Assembly: GCA_965203535.1 (NCBI GenBank)
Contig: OZ241897.1
Span: 2,828,714 to 2,892,713, forward strand
Direction of reading: 5' to 3'
DNA: 64,000 nucleotides
Source of the DNA: Acidobacteriota bacterium
GTDB lineage: Bacteria > Acidobacteriota > UBA6911 > RPQK01 > JAJDTT01
Shown here: positions 49,240 to 58,303 of the stretch, in pieces
How the letters are laid out: every line of letters begins with the position of its first letter
How positions within the stretch are numbered: position 1 is the first letter of the stretch
Notes under the pieces: model-generated
Database searches by the model: none
Seen by the model: only the letters and a program-made list of their open reading frames with translations
Told to the model about the DNA's origin: nothing
Translations under genes and position numbers: made by a program

Positions 49240-49282
49240 CCCGGCAAGCGCGGCGCCTCTAGAATGGCGTCCTTCTCTGGCC

Positions 49283-49374
49283 GGAGAGGTGCTGGAGTGG
49301 CTGAACAGGGCTGCCTGCTAAGCAGTTACTCGGGGGAACCTGGGTCGGGGGTTCGAATCCCCCCCTCTCCGCCA
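49283..49374 (+). tRNA. tRNA-Ser (anticodon GCU)
   Basis: Hand-folded 92 nt: acceptor GGAGAGG/CCTCTCC, anticodon stem-loop GCTGC-CTGCTAA-GCAGT, long variable arm, T arm GGGGG-TTCGAAT-CCCCC, encoded CCA. Confidence 0.9.
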
Positions 49375-49441
49375 ACCGTCCCGGCCCGATCCCTTCCGCA
49401 CCGCGCCGGGCGTAGCCTCGCTTCAAACCTTCCGCTGTTTC

Positions 49442-50245
49442 TCAGAAACGAAACACCAGCAGAAGCTGAGGGAGCACTTCGTCCGCGTCTTCAAACCCGA
49501 ACTTGTTGACCCAGACGTGCATTTCTATCCCTGCGAAGAAGCGGCCCGGCCGACGGGCGAGCGCCTTGCCCAGGTCCAGACGCAATTGGGGCTGAAACAG
49601 GATCCAATACGGCGCGCGGAACCCGAACTCGGTGTCTCGCGGACTCTGCCATTCGCCGTGTCCCTCGAACGAGAATGAGGCGCCGCCGATCTCAAAGGGC
49701 AGGCCCCAGTTGAAATCGACAAGATGACTGTTGCCCTCCTTCGGGGCGCCGCCGGCCGCCACTCCCCGGTTACGATCCACCAGGTACACGTAATCGAGGT
49801 TCGCAAAGGCGAAACCGGGAAGATCGAGCTGAAAGCGGAAACCGGGACCGACCTTGAGCACCTTGGACTGAGCTCCCCAGTTCAGTCCGCCCAGGGGGCC
49901 GATCCCCCGGATCGGTCCCCACGACACTTTCTGTCCGGTGATCGCACCCAGGTCGAAGTAGGGAAACCACTCCATGTAGATGTCCCGGTCCGCGCTCGAA
50001 CCCGAGCAGCAGGTCATGTCCACGAAGAAAAAATTCTCTCCGTGGCTCCAGCCGCTGGCGTGCTGAAGGGTCAGGATATTCTGGAATCCGCTGGGACTGA
50101 CCAGGTGGGGCCGCAACGAGCTGCCACCCTGGTATTGAATCTCGGTAACGCTCCAGCCCTGGGCCAGAATGTTTCCGCCGATCACCAGTGGAGCAATCGC
50201 AATCAGAACCAGAGCGGCGGGGCAACGGCAACTTGTCTTTGTCAT
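49442..50245 (-). CDS. Outer-membrane beta-barrel channel, Tsx/nucleoside-channel-like
   Basis: 267 aa. Signal peptide, the LQHASGWSHGENFFFVDM segment typical of the Tsx-like family, and a C-terminal ...VFRF aromatic terminus. Confidence 0.65.
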   Translation of the reverse strand: MTKTSCRCPAALVLIAIAPLVIGGNILAQGWSVTEIQYQGGSSLRPHLVSPSGFQNILTLQHASGWSHGENFFFVDMTCCSGSSADRDIYMEWFPYFDLGAITGQKVSWGPIRGIGPLGGLNWGAQSKVLKVGPGFRFQLDLPGFAFANLDYVYLVDRNRGVAAGGAPKEGNSHLVDFNWGLPFEIGGASFSFEGHGEWQSPRDTEFGFRAPYWILFQPQLRLDLGKALARRPGRFFAGIEMHVWVNKFGFEDADEVLPQLLLVFRF

Positions 50246-50300
50246 GGCATGAAAGGAATACGAATTCGGCGCGGACGCCTGGACACCGAGCTGTGGCCCT

Positions 50301-50969
50301 TCAGTGCACCACCGGTTTCCGCTTCCACGCGTGTCTGCCGATCAAGGGCACGAAAACACATCGTTCCGCGCGGTCGGTTCGATACCCGTCCCCCCGGCGG
50401 GTCACGATGTGCAGCACCTGGGAATAATCTCGCCCCACGGGGATCACCAGGCGCCCTGCTTCACTCAACTGCTCCAGCAGGGGCCCGGGTATTCCGGGGG
50501 ATGCGGCGCCGACGATAATGCTCTCGAACGGCGCGAATTCCTCCCAGCCCAGTGTTCCGTCGGACACTTGCAGGCGGACGTCCCGGCACCCGAGCTCGGC
50601 GAGCCGGTCCGCCGCCCGGTTGGCCAGTTCCGGGATCCGCTCCACGGTGAAAACCTGCGCCTTCATGGCCGAAAGCACCGCAGCCTGATAACCGCTTCCC
50701 GTCCCGATTTCCAGGACACGGCTTCCCTGGGACACCCTCGCCGCTTGAACCATGATGGCGATCATGTACGGCTGACTGACGGTCTGATCATGGCCGATGG
50801 GAATGGGGCCGTCATCGTACGCCTTCTCGACCCATTTGTCAGGCACGAAACGATGACGAGGGACTCCCAGAAAGGCTTCCAGTATCCTGCGGTCGCGAAT
50901 GCCTCGGCCTCTGAGTTGCTTCTCCACCATGTTGCGGCGTTCCAGAGCGTAGGAAGCGCGCCGCGTCAT
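50301..50969 (-). CDS. pcm: Protein-L-isoaspartate O-methyltransferase
   Basis: 222 aa. TVSQPYMIA and VLEIGTGSGYQAAVL motifs. ATGA overlap with the rnhB stop. Confidence 0.9.
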   Translation of the reverse strand: MTRRASYALERRNMVEKQLRGRGIRDRRILEAFLGVPRHRFVPDKWVEKAYDDGPIPIGHDQTVSQPYMIAIMVQAARVSQGSRVLEIGTGSGYQAAVLSAMKAQVFTVERIPELANRAADRLAELGCRDVRLQVSDGTLGWEEFAPFESIIVGAASPGIPGPLLEQLSEAGRLVIPVGRDYSQVLHIVTRRGDGYRTDRAERCVFVPLIGRHAWKRKPVVH

Positions 50970-51799
50970 GCGATTCTCCGGCAGAATGACGCCCGATGCA
51001 CCGGCGTCCTCCCATATTGCTCGATGGCCTGAAGGTGTTGTCTGGTCCCGTAGCCCTTATGGCGGGCAAATCCATATTCCGGATACAGCCGGTCCAGCTC
51101 CGTCATCAGACGGTCCCGATGGGTTTTCGCCAGGATCGACGCCCCGGCTATGGAGAAATGCCTGCGGTCGCCGCCGACGCACCTCTCCTGTGGGACCTCG
51201 AGATTCGGAATCCGGCGGCCGTCCACGAGCGCGACTTCCGGGGCCGGCCGGATCGCTGCCACGGCCCGCTTCATGGCCAGAAGGCCGGCATGATAGGTGT
51301 TCAGCCGGTCGATCTCCGGCACGGATGCCTCTCCGATGCCCATGGCCACCGCGTCTCGGGCAATGATCCCGGCCAACTCGTTGCGCCGGGCGCTCGAGAG
51401 TCTCTTGGAGTCATCCATGCCGCAGATTTCAGTGCCCGGCTCGAAAACCACCGCGGCGGCAACGACCGGACCCGCCAAGGGGCCCATTCCGGCTTCGTCG
51501 ACTCCGGCGACACGCACGGTCCCACCGCGCCACAGCCCCCGCTCCTTCTCCAGCATCGAATTCAATCGGCGCCGCTCCGCCCGGGCAGCCGCTCTCGCCC
51601 GCGCCAGACGGCGCCCAAGACGCCGCACTCCGACTCTCCGGTCTCCCGCCAGTTCGGACAACACCGCGGACGTCACCCGGCCTTCACCGGAGGCAAGGGC
51701 TTCCCTGATTTGGGACAACGTCAACCGAGAGGGCTCCAGCGCCACCATGCAGTTCGCCACTCCAGCCGATTTCGACATGCATGTGCCTGGCTCGGGCAC
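50966..51799 (-). CDS. rnhB: Ribonuclease HII
   Basis: GVDEAGMGPLAGPVVAAAV and DSKRL motifs, with a ~90-aa N-terminal extension as in some RNase HII. The start is uncertain (Met codons at 51799, 51778, 51748). Confidence 0.85.
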   Translation of the reverse strand: MPEPGTCMSKSAGVANCMVALEPSRLTLSQIREALASGEGRVTSAVLSELAGDRRVGVRRLGRRLARARAAARAERRRLNSMLEKERGLWRGGTVRVAGVDEAGMGPLAGPVVAAAVVFEPGTEICGMDDSKRLSSARRNELAGIIARDAVAMGIGEASVPEIDRLNTYHAGLLAMKRAVAAIRPAPEVALVDGRRIPNLEVPQERCVGGDRRHFSIAGASILAKTHRDRLMTELDRLYPEYGFARHKGYGTRQHLQAIEQYGRTPVHRASFCRRIA

Positions 51800-51867
51800 C
51801 GGCAGCAGGGATCACGAAGAGGCTGGTTATTTTTCGGGTGTTTGCAATTCCATTATAATGCCCCGCC

Positions 51868-52617
51868 GTGAGCAGCGGCAATATCGGCCTCGTGGGCTTC
51901 GGGCGCTTCGGCCAACTGGTCCACCGCCACCTGCCCGCCGGTAACGTCGCCGGCGTCTTCGACCGCGATCCCGATAAACTGGCCGGGTTGGCCGATGCCG
52001 CTCCCCTGGAGCAGGTTCTCGGCGCCAGGTACGTCATCCTCGCCACCCCCATCTCCGCCATCGATGCCGTCTGCCGACAGATTTCGCCGGCTCTCCGAAC
52101 CGGCCAGGTGGTGGTGGACACCTGCAGCGTCAAGCAATATCCCATCGACTGCATGTTGTCCCGACTGCCGGACGGGATTCAGATCCTGGGCACCCACCCC
52201 CTCTTCGGGCCCGACAGCGGCCGGGACGGGATCGGAGGCATGAAGATCGCAGTCTGTCCGGTGCGAATCGAGTCCGCCAACTACGACTGCATACGCAATT
52301 TTCTCCATGGCCTCGGCTTGGAGATCATCGAGACGACGCCCCGGGAGCACGACCGGAGACTCGCCCGCACCCAAGCCATCTTCCACCTCATCTCCCAGGC
52401 GCTGAAGGAGTTGGATTGGCGCGGGCAGCGGCTCTCCACGCCGGGACCAGCCGCCTTCTACCGCCTCGCCGAGACCGTCCAGAACGACACTTCCGAACTC
52501 TTCCGGGACATGGAGCAGCGCAACCTCTATGCCGGCGCGTCCCGCCGCCAGTTCATCAGCAAACTCGTGGAAATCGACGAGCTTCTCTCCCGTGGCGACA
52601 GGCCCGGGCCGGCTTGA
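51868..52617 (+). CDS. tyrA: Prephenate/arogenate dehydrogenase
   Basis: 249 aa. GTG start, GLVGFGRFG Rossmann motif, VDTCSVK and GTHPLFGP motifs. Confidence 0.8.
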   Translation: MSSGNIGLVGFGRFGQLVHRHLPAGNVAGVFDRDPDKLAGLADAAPLEQVLGARYVILATPISAIDAVCRQISPALRTGQVVVDTCSVKQYPIDCMLSRLPDGIQILGTHPLFGPDSGRDGIGGMKIAVCPVRIESANYDCIRNFLHGLGLEIIETTPREHDRRLARTQAIFHLISQALKELDWRGQRLSTPGPAAFYRLAETVQNDTSELFRDMEQRNLYAGASRRQFISKLVEIDELLSRGDRPGPA

Positions 52618-52623
52618 GCCATC

Positions 52624-53307
52624 ATGAACGCCGATGACGCGCCCTTGTCGCAACGCATTTGCCTGGCTGCAGGAAGTACGGCCGGTTGGGCCCTGATCTG
52701 GAGTCTCGGCACGCTCCTTCGATACCGGGTCGAAGGCTGGGAACATTTTGCCCGGTTGAATCGCCGAGGCACTCCCTTCATCTTCAGCTTCTGGCACAAC
52801 CAGATCTTTTGCGCCACCCATTTCTGGCGATTCCGGGAGATCGGCGTGATCACCAGCCAGCACGCCGACGGGGAGTACATGGCCCGCATCATCCGCCGGT
52901 TCGGGTACTTTCCGGCCAGGGGATCCAGCCGCAGAGGCTCGACTCGGGCCCTCCTTCAGCTCAAGCGTCATCTGGCCGGCGGCCGGCCCGTGGGTTTCGC
53001 CGCCGACGGGCCCGTGGGTCCGGTCTACAAGGTCAAGCCGGGGCCGCTCTGGCTCTCCATGAAGACACGGATTCCCATTCTTCCGTTCCACATCCAGCCG
53101 CGCCGATTCTGGGCGGGTTCCGGCTGGGACGGTTTTCGAATCCCCAAGCCCTTCTCTCCAGCCTTGGTGAAGATCGGACAACCGTTCCTGGTGCCCAGCG
53201 GACAATCCGCCAAGGACTGGCTGCCCAGGTATCAGGAGACGATGGATGCCCTCAAGGAATACTGCGAGTCCTACCCCTGGAACCGCGAGAGAAGGCTGGA
53301 GGGCTGA
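52624..53307 (+). CDS. DUF374 family protein (lysophospholipid acyltransferase-like)
   Basis: 227 aa. FSFWHNQIF...SQHADGEYMARI...ARGSS.RG...ADGP.GP motifs recalled for DUF374. Confidence 0.65.
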   Translation: MNADDAPLSQRICLAAGSTAGWALIWSLGTLLRYRVEGWEHFARLNRRGTPFIFSFWHNQIFCATHFWRFREIGVITSQHADGEYMARIIRRFGYFPARGSSRRGSTRALLQLKRHLAGGRPVGFAADGPVGPVYKVKPGPLWLSMKTRIPILPFHIQPRRFWAGSGWDGFRIPKPFSPALVKIGQPFLVPSGQSAKDWLPRYQETMDALKEYCESYPWNRERRLEG

Positions 53308-54793
53308 CCCTGACGTCGCGCTGGAAGAAGAACATTTTCCAGGTGGGAATTTCCAGCAGGGCCAACCGCAAATTGTACCGCCCCGGCTGTACGAAGAGCT
53401 TGTTGGTGTAGATGATCCCGCGGCCGTCTCGAAGCTCCTTCCTTTCCAGGGTGGCCCGGAAGAATTCTCTCATCCTGACCACTTCCCGCCCGTCCGCGTC
53501 CACCAACTGGCCGATGATTCCCAATTGGGTTCGAACGTCTCCATCCGGCTCCCTCGAGAGCGTGTAGGGACTGATTTTGATTCGGAAGGGCAACCCGACC
53601 TTGCCCGAGATCTGTCCCCTGGGCCGGAGTATGTCCACGTCGGCGCCCAGCTCGTACCGTTCCAGGCCCTCGTCCTCGGGTGGTCCCAGCTCGACTTCAC
53701 TGTAGAAGAGCGCTTCGATGAATTTCTTCTTGGCGCGGAGACGGCCCGGCGCCCGGGTGAACGGGCGCGACACCAGTAATTTGGAGTTCGACGTGGTGAC
53801 GACGGCCGGCGAGTCGGGATCGATCCCCGGAGTCGGGTCGCCGGAGATGCCGATGGAGTAGAGATTGCCGAAAACGTCGTCGTTGATCTGTGCCAAGGTG
53901 GAATCGAAGTCCAGGATGGTTTCGATTCCGCTGAAGTGCATTCCGCCGGTCTTCACGGCCAGACGAGCGAAGGCGGCTTCCTTTTCCTCCGCCTTGGGAT
54001 CTTCCGCCGCCACGAGCCCCGGAGCCGTCGGCAGCGCCGTCGCCGAGGGGACCAGAATGGTATAGATTCTCACATCCTCGCTCAGGGCCCGGGCCGCCGC
54101 CCTCTCGGCCCGGTGATAGGCGTCGTCCATCCCGTCGGAGACGAGAATCAACACCTTTCCGTCGCCGGGCCTCGCCCGGGTGCCGAGCGGTGCGAGCAGC
54201 GCCTCCACCGACTCGTAGATTGCGGTTCGCCCCTGGTGCGGGCGGGCCGCCGCGAAGGCCTTTTCCGCAAGCGCCTTGCGGGTGGTGAACTCCTGAAACA
54301 CCAGCAACTTGTCGGTGAACCCGAAAACGCCGATCTGGGTGAACAGGTGGATGTTGTCCAGGAAGTTCTGAGCGGCCATGATCTCTTCCGCCCTGGTGGC
54401 AAAGGTGCTTCCACTCACGTCCAGAAGAAAGGCGATCCAGAGGCGGCCCAGGTCGGCTGTCCGTTTTCGCGGGGGCCGAAAGAAGATGATCTCCCTTTCC
54501 CTGCCGGCCTGGATCACGCGGAAGTCCTCCTGCGTCAGGGTGTTGACCAACCGGTTCCCGGCATCTCTGACGGTGAAACGAAGCAGAACCAGATCGACCC
54601 TGACCCGGATCGCTTCGTCCTGAGTCTGGTCCTGCCCGATCGCCCAAGCCGGCCCCAGCCAGGTCCAGAGAAGCGGGGCCAGGGTCAGCCGCATGAGCTG
54701 CCCCCACCATCGCCGACTCCGGATCTCAGGTCTCATTTCAAGTTTTCCGGGCGCCCACCAGGTGCAGAAACTCACTCCGGGACCGCTGGTCAT
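53252..54793 (-). CDS. Secreted von Willebrand factor A domain protein (acidobacterial VWFA-related type), long paralogue
   Basis: 513 aa. N-terminal beta-sandwich-like module ([23 protein letters not shown]), [14 protein letters not shown]. Its 3' end overlaps the convergent DUF374 gene by 56 nt. Confidence 0.75.
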   Translation of the reverse strand: MTSGPGVSFCTWWAPGKLEMRPEIRSRRWWGQLMRLTLAPLLWTWLGPAWAIGQDQTQDEAIRVRVDLVLLRFTVRDAGNRLVNTLTQEDFRVIQAGREREIIFFRPPRKRTADLGRLWIAFLLDVSGSTFATRAEEIMAAQNFLDNIHLFTQIGVFGFTDKLLVFQEFTTRKALAEKAFAAARPHQGRTAIYESVEALLAPLGTRARPGDGKVLILVSDGMDDAYHRAERAAARALSEDVRIYTILVPSATALPTAPGLVAAEDPKAEEKEAAFARLAVKTGGMHFSGIETILDFDSTLAQINDDVFGNLYSIGISGDPTPGIDPDSPAVVTTSNSKLLVSRPFTRAPGRLRAKKKFIEALFYSEVELGPPEDEGLERYELGADVDILRPRGQISGKVGLPFRIKISPYTLSREPDGDVRTQLGIIGQLVDADGREVVRMREFFRATLERKELRDGRGIIYTNKLFVQPGRYNLRLALLEIPTWKMFFFQRDVRVSPPAFSRGSRGRTRSIP

Positions 54794-55289
54794 CCCTGAA
54801 CTTGCCCAGCATGGCGGAAGTCATCATCCGAGCCTGCCGCTTTTCGACCCCTCGCATCAACATGCACAAGTGTTGCGCTTCGACAACGACCGCCACGCCC
54901 TTGGGCCGGATCTTTTCATTGACGGTTTCGGCGATCTGTTGAGTGAGCCGTTCCTGAACCTGCAGGCGCCTCGCGAACAAATCCACGATTCTCGGAATCT
55001 TGCTGAGTCCGATGACCCGGTCCGACGGGAGGTATCCCACGTGGCACCGGCCGAAGAAGGGGAGCAGGTGATGTTCGCAAAGGCTGTAGACCTCGATGTC
55101 CTTGACGATGACCATTTCATCGTAATCCACCTTGAAAAGGGCGCCGTTGAGGAGCTCGTCCACATCCTGTGCGTATCCCCTGGTCAGGAAACGCATGGCG
55201 CGGCCGACCCTTTCGGGAGTGCCTACAAGCCCTTCCCGGTCGGGATCCTCGCCGATCTCATAAAGCAACTTCCTGACCAACTCCTCCAA
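54738..55289 (-). CDS. folE: GTP cyclohydrolase I FolE
   Basis: Proposed TTG start at 55289, preceded by AGGAGG with a 6-nt spacer. [21 protein letters not shown]...CEHHLLPF...QERLTQQIA. The longer listed ORF overlaps the HIT gene. Confidence 0.85.
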   Translation of the reverse strand: MEELVRKLLYEIGEDPDREGLVGTPERVGRAMRFLTRGYAQDVDELLNGALFKVDYDEMVIVKDIEVYSLCEHHLLPFFGRCHVGYLPSDRVIGLSKIPRIVDLFARRLQVQERLTQQIAETVNEKIRPKGVAVVVEAQHLCMLMRGVEKRQARMMTSAMLGKFRDDQRSRSEFLHLVGARKT

Positions 55290-55341
55290 AGCCGACCTCC
55301 TGCTACTCTCGACTCCCGAACCCGGGTTCCTGCAACCGGGA

Positions 55342-55683
55342 TCAACCCGGCGGCCAGCCCAAGCGTCGACCGCCCAGAACATGGGCGTGGATGTGAAAAA
55401 CGCTCTGCCCGGCGGCAGCGCCATTGTTCAGGACGACACGATAGCCCGAGTCCAGGCCTTCATCGCGCGCGACCCTCTTGGCCAGCAGCAACAGCCGGCC
55501 GAGACGGGCCGTGTCTTCCTCCGCCGCTTCGCCCAATGAGCCGATGTGCTTCTTGGGGATCACCAGGATATGGGTGGGCGCCTGCGGGTTGATGTCCCGG
55601 AACGCCATAGCCCATTCGTCCTCCGCCACCACGGCCGCGCGAAGTTCTCCGTTCACGATCCGGCAGAACAGGCAGTCACGCAT
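55342..55683 (-). CDS. HIT family (histidine triad) protein
   Basis: Internal Met [10 protein letters not shown]... and the HIHAHVLGG histidine triad. Confidence 0.85.
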   Translation of the reverse strand: MRDCLFCRIVNGELRAAVVAEDEWAMAFRDINPQAPTHILVIPKKHIGSLGEAAEEDTARLGRLLLLAKRVARDEGLDSGYRVVLNNGAAAGQSVFHIHAHVLGGRRLGWPPG

Positions 55684-56593
55684 CGCACCCCTCGCTGCGG
55701 TTCCTCCGGACCAGCACCAGGCATCGTTCGTGGCCCGCCAAATCCGTCCGGACCTCCACCTCGCGCCAGCTCCAACGCCGCGCCAGTCGGCAGACACGCT
55801 CCCTGGCGTCCGCATCGATCTCCAATACCAGAGGACGCGACCGCTTCATGACGGACGGACATTCCTTCAGCAATGTTTCGTACATCTCCATGCCGTCCCG
55901 GCCCGCAAAGACGGCGGCGCCGGGCTCATAGGCCGCGACAGACCGGTCGACCCGGCCGCGGTCGGCCGTTGCGACGTAGGGGGGATTCGATACCACCAGG
56001 TCCCAGCGAGCCGCCCGCCCCTCCAATGGCGTCAGGTCCCGCCCCTCCAGGAACTCGATCCGGGATTCGCAACCGTGGCGAGCCGCGTTCCGCCTGGCCA
56101 CCGCCAGCGCTCGGCGGGAAATGTCCGTGGCCGTTACCCGGAGCCTCGGGCGTTCGGCGGCCAACGTCACCGCAATGGCCCCCGAACCCGTTCCCACGTC
56201 GAGGCCTTTCGGGTTGGGCAGGGCCATGGCGTCGAGCCGCTCCAGGCAGACGTCCACCAACAGCTCCGTTTCCGGCCGCGGGATCAGCACGCCCGGCCCT
56301 ACGGCGAAACTCCTCCCGTAAAACTCCTGGTTCCCCAACAGATACTGGATCGGGTAATGCTCTGCCCGCTTCCGGAGCCAGCTTGCCCATCTTGCGGCCT
56401 GGGCGGCGTCCAGGTGCACTTCGGGGTGCGCCAGCAGGTACGCCCGGGAACGCCCCAGAATAGAACCGAGCATCAACTCCGCATCCTGGCGGGGACAGCG
56501 GACGCGTTTACGCCTGAGGCGAGAGGTTCCCTGCCGAACCGCCTCCCCCACCGTCGGCCCCGACGGAATCCTGTCCGGATACGTTTCAAGCAA
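55676..56593 (-). CDS. prmC: Release factor glutamine methyltransferase PrmC (HemK)
   Basis: 305 aa. VGTGSGAIA SAM motif and the NPPY motif (VVSNPPYV). Directly after prfA. Confidence 0.85.
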   Translation of the reverse strand: MLETYPDRIPSGPTVGEAVRQGTSRLRRKRVRCPRQDAELMLGSILGRSRAYLLAHPEVHLDAAQAARWASWLRKRAEHYPIQYLLGNQEFYGRSFAVGPGVLIPRPETELLVDVCLERLDAMALPNPKGLDVGTGSGAIAVTLAAERPRLRVTATDISRRALAVARRNAARHGCESRIEFLEGRDLTPLEGRAARWDLVVSNPPYVATADRGRVDRSVAAYEPGAAVFAGRDGMEMYETLLKECPSVMKRSRPLVLEIDADARERVCRLARRWSWREVEVRTDLAGHERCLVLVRRNRSEGCDA

Positions 56594-57659
56594 TTTTCTG
56601 TGCTTTCAGCGCTTCAGCCTGATCGAAAGCGATCAGCGGTTCGAGGAGGTCGTCGAGGGCGCCCCCCAGCACGGCCTCCAGCCGGTGCAGCGTGACGCCG
56701 ACCCTGTGGTCGGTGATGCGGTTCTGGGGAAAGTTGTAGGTCCGGATCTTCTCGCTGCGGTCGCCGGTGCCTACCAGGGCGCGGCGAGTGGCCGCCACCT
56801 CGTCGTGCCGTTCCCGGAGAGCCCGTTCGTACAGCCGGGACCTCAACACCCTGAGCGCCTTGTTCTTGTTCTTGAGCTGCGACTTCTCGTCCTGGCAGGT
56901 CACCACCTCCCCGGTGGGAACGTGGGTGACACGGACCGCCGAGTAGGTCGTATTCACCGACTGGCCGCCGGGACCGGAGGAGCAGTAGGTGTCCCACCTA
57001 AGGTCCTTGGGATGGATCTCGACATCGACGTCATCCGCTTCCGGCAAAACCGCAACCGTCACGGCGGAAGTATGAACCCTTCCCTGGGTCTCGGTTTGGG
57101 GGACCCGCTGGACGCGGTGCACGCCGCTCTCGAACTTGAGACGGCCGTAGACCTGCTTGCCCTCGATGGTGGCGCTCACCTCCTTCATGCCGCCCGCATC
57201 GGTGGCATGCGCGGCGAGGATCTCCACCCTCCACCCGTGCGACTCGGCATATCTGCCGTACATGCGGAACATTTCCTGTGCGAAGAGGCTGGCTTCGGCG
57301 CCTCCCGTGCCGGCGCGAATCTCCAGGATGGCGTTCTTTTCATCGTTGGGGTCGCGCGGCAGGAGCAGGAGGCGCAGCTCCTCTTTCTGCTCGGCGATGC
57401 GGGCCTCAAGCATCGTCAACTCAGCTTTCGCCAACTCTGCCAACTCGACATCCGCCTCGGCCCCAGCCATCTCCCTGAGGTCCTCGACTTCGCGGAGGGC
57501 TCGACGGTACTCCCTGAACATTTCGATCAGTGGGCGCAACTCCGAATAAGTTCTCGCCACCTCCCGGTAAAGGTCCCGGGAGGCAACGACCTGAGGGTCT
57601 CCCAATTGCCGGGAAACCCTCTCGTAGTCTGCCTCCAGGGCACGCAATTTCTCTAACAT
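56586..57659 (-). CDS. prfA: Peptide chain release factor 1
   Basis: Internal Met MLEKLRALE... The PQT (RF1-type PxT) tripeptide region and GGQSVN (GGQ) motif. Confidence 0.95.
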   Translation of the reverse strand: MLEKLRALEADYERVSRQLGDPQVVASRDLYREVARTYSELRPLIEMFREYRRALREVEDLREMAGAEADVELAELAKAELTMLEARIAEQKEELRLLLLPRDPNDEKNAILEIRAGTGGAEASLFAQEMFRMYGRYAESHGWRVEILAAHATDAGGMKEVSATIEGKQVYGRLKFESGVHRVQRVPQTETQGRVHTSAVTVAVLPEADDVDVEIHPKDLRWDTYCSSGPGGQSVNTTYSAVRVTHVPTGEVVTCQDEKSQLKNKNKALRVLRSRLYERALRERHDEVAATRRALVGTGDRSEKIRTYNFPQNRITDHRVGVTLHRLEAVLGGALDDLLEPLIAFDQAEALKAQKIA

Positions 57660-57787
57660 GGCGGGGGCTTCCGGGGACTCGTCTCCCCGGCTCCGGTTTG
57701 GGGTTCCAGGGTCCCGCGACGAGAGTTGCCGCGGCATTCGGGCGCAACACCGGCGCCAGTGCGACGCTGAACCGTCACCGCAGGCTC

Positions 57788-57994
57788 CTATTGGATGAGG
57801 CCGTACTTCCTCTGGAACCGCTCGACGCGGCCTGCGGTGTCAATCAGCTTCTGCTTACCGGTGAAAAAGGGGTGACAACTGGAACAGATATCGAGGCGCA
57901 ACTGGCCCCTGTGGGTGGATCGGGTTTCCCACCCCGCACCGCACGCACAACGCACAGTGACGACGCCGTAGTCGGGATGGATGCCTGCTTTCAT
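57788..57994 (-). CDS. rpmE: 50S ribosomal protein L31
   Basis: Internal Met MKAGIHPDY...CACG...[10 protein letters not shown], 68 aa, zinc-ribbon type. Confidence 0.9.
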   Translation of the reverse strand: MKAGIHPDYGVVTVRCACGAGWETRSTHRGQLRLDICSSCHPFFTGKQKLIDTAGRVERFQRKYGLIQ

Positions 57995-58123
57995 CTCTGA
58001 CCGCTCCCCTTTCTCTCTCGTCTTGTACGCAGTCGCTCCGAAGTTTAGCAAATTCGACGGCACCTAGTCGAGGCGGTGCCGAGCGGCTCGCTTCTCCCCC
58101 CTCGAGCCGCCGGCCCGCGACAC

Positions 58124-58152
58124 TTGACAATACGGACGGACGGCGGTAAATG
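58124..58152 (+). promoter_or_regulatory. Candidate sigma-70 promoter of rpsA-ihfB
   Basis: TTGACA (58124..58129), a 17-nt spacer, then TAAATG (58147..58152). AGGAGG SD about 10 nt before the ATG at 58304. Confidence 0.4.
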
Positions 58153-58303
58153 ATCAACCTCACGCGCCCGGGCGGTTGCGGAAGGCAGACCGAATATCCT
58201 ATTCTGATTGCCCCCTCTCTGAGAATGTCAGCCGGTGATTAACAGGGGGGAGTTTGCAGTCTGCCGGGACAGGTGGCGCCGGCTCGCAGGAGGAACTTAG
58301 CGG

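Noticed and set aside
53252-53307. 56-nt convergent overlap of the DUF374 gene and the long VWA gene as a possible regulatory antisense arrangement.
   Set aside because: Only the non-conserved C-terminal tails overlap, and one of the stops may simply be late by chance in GC-rich sequence. There is no further evidence.
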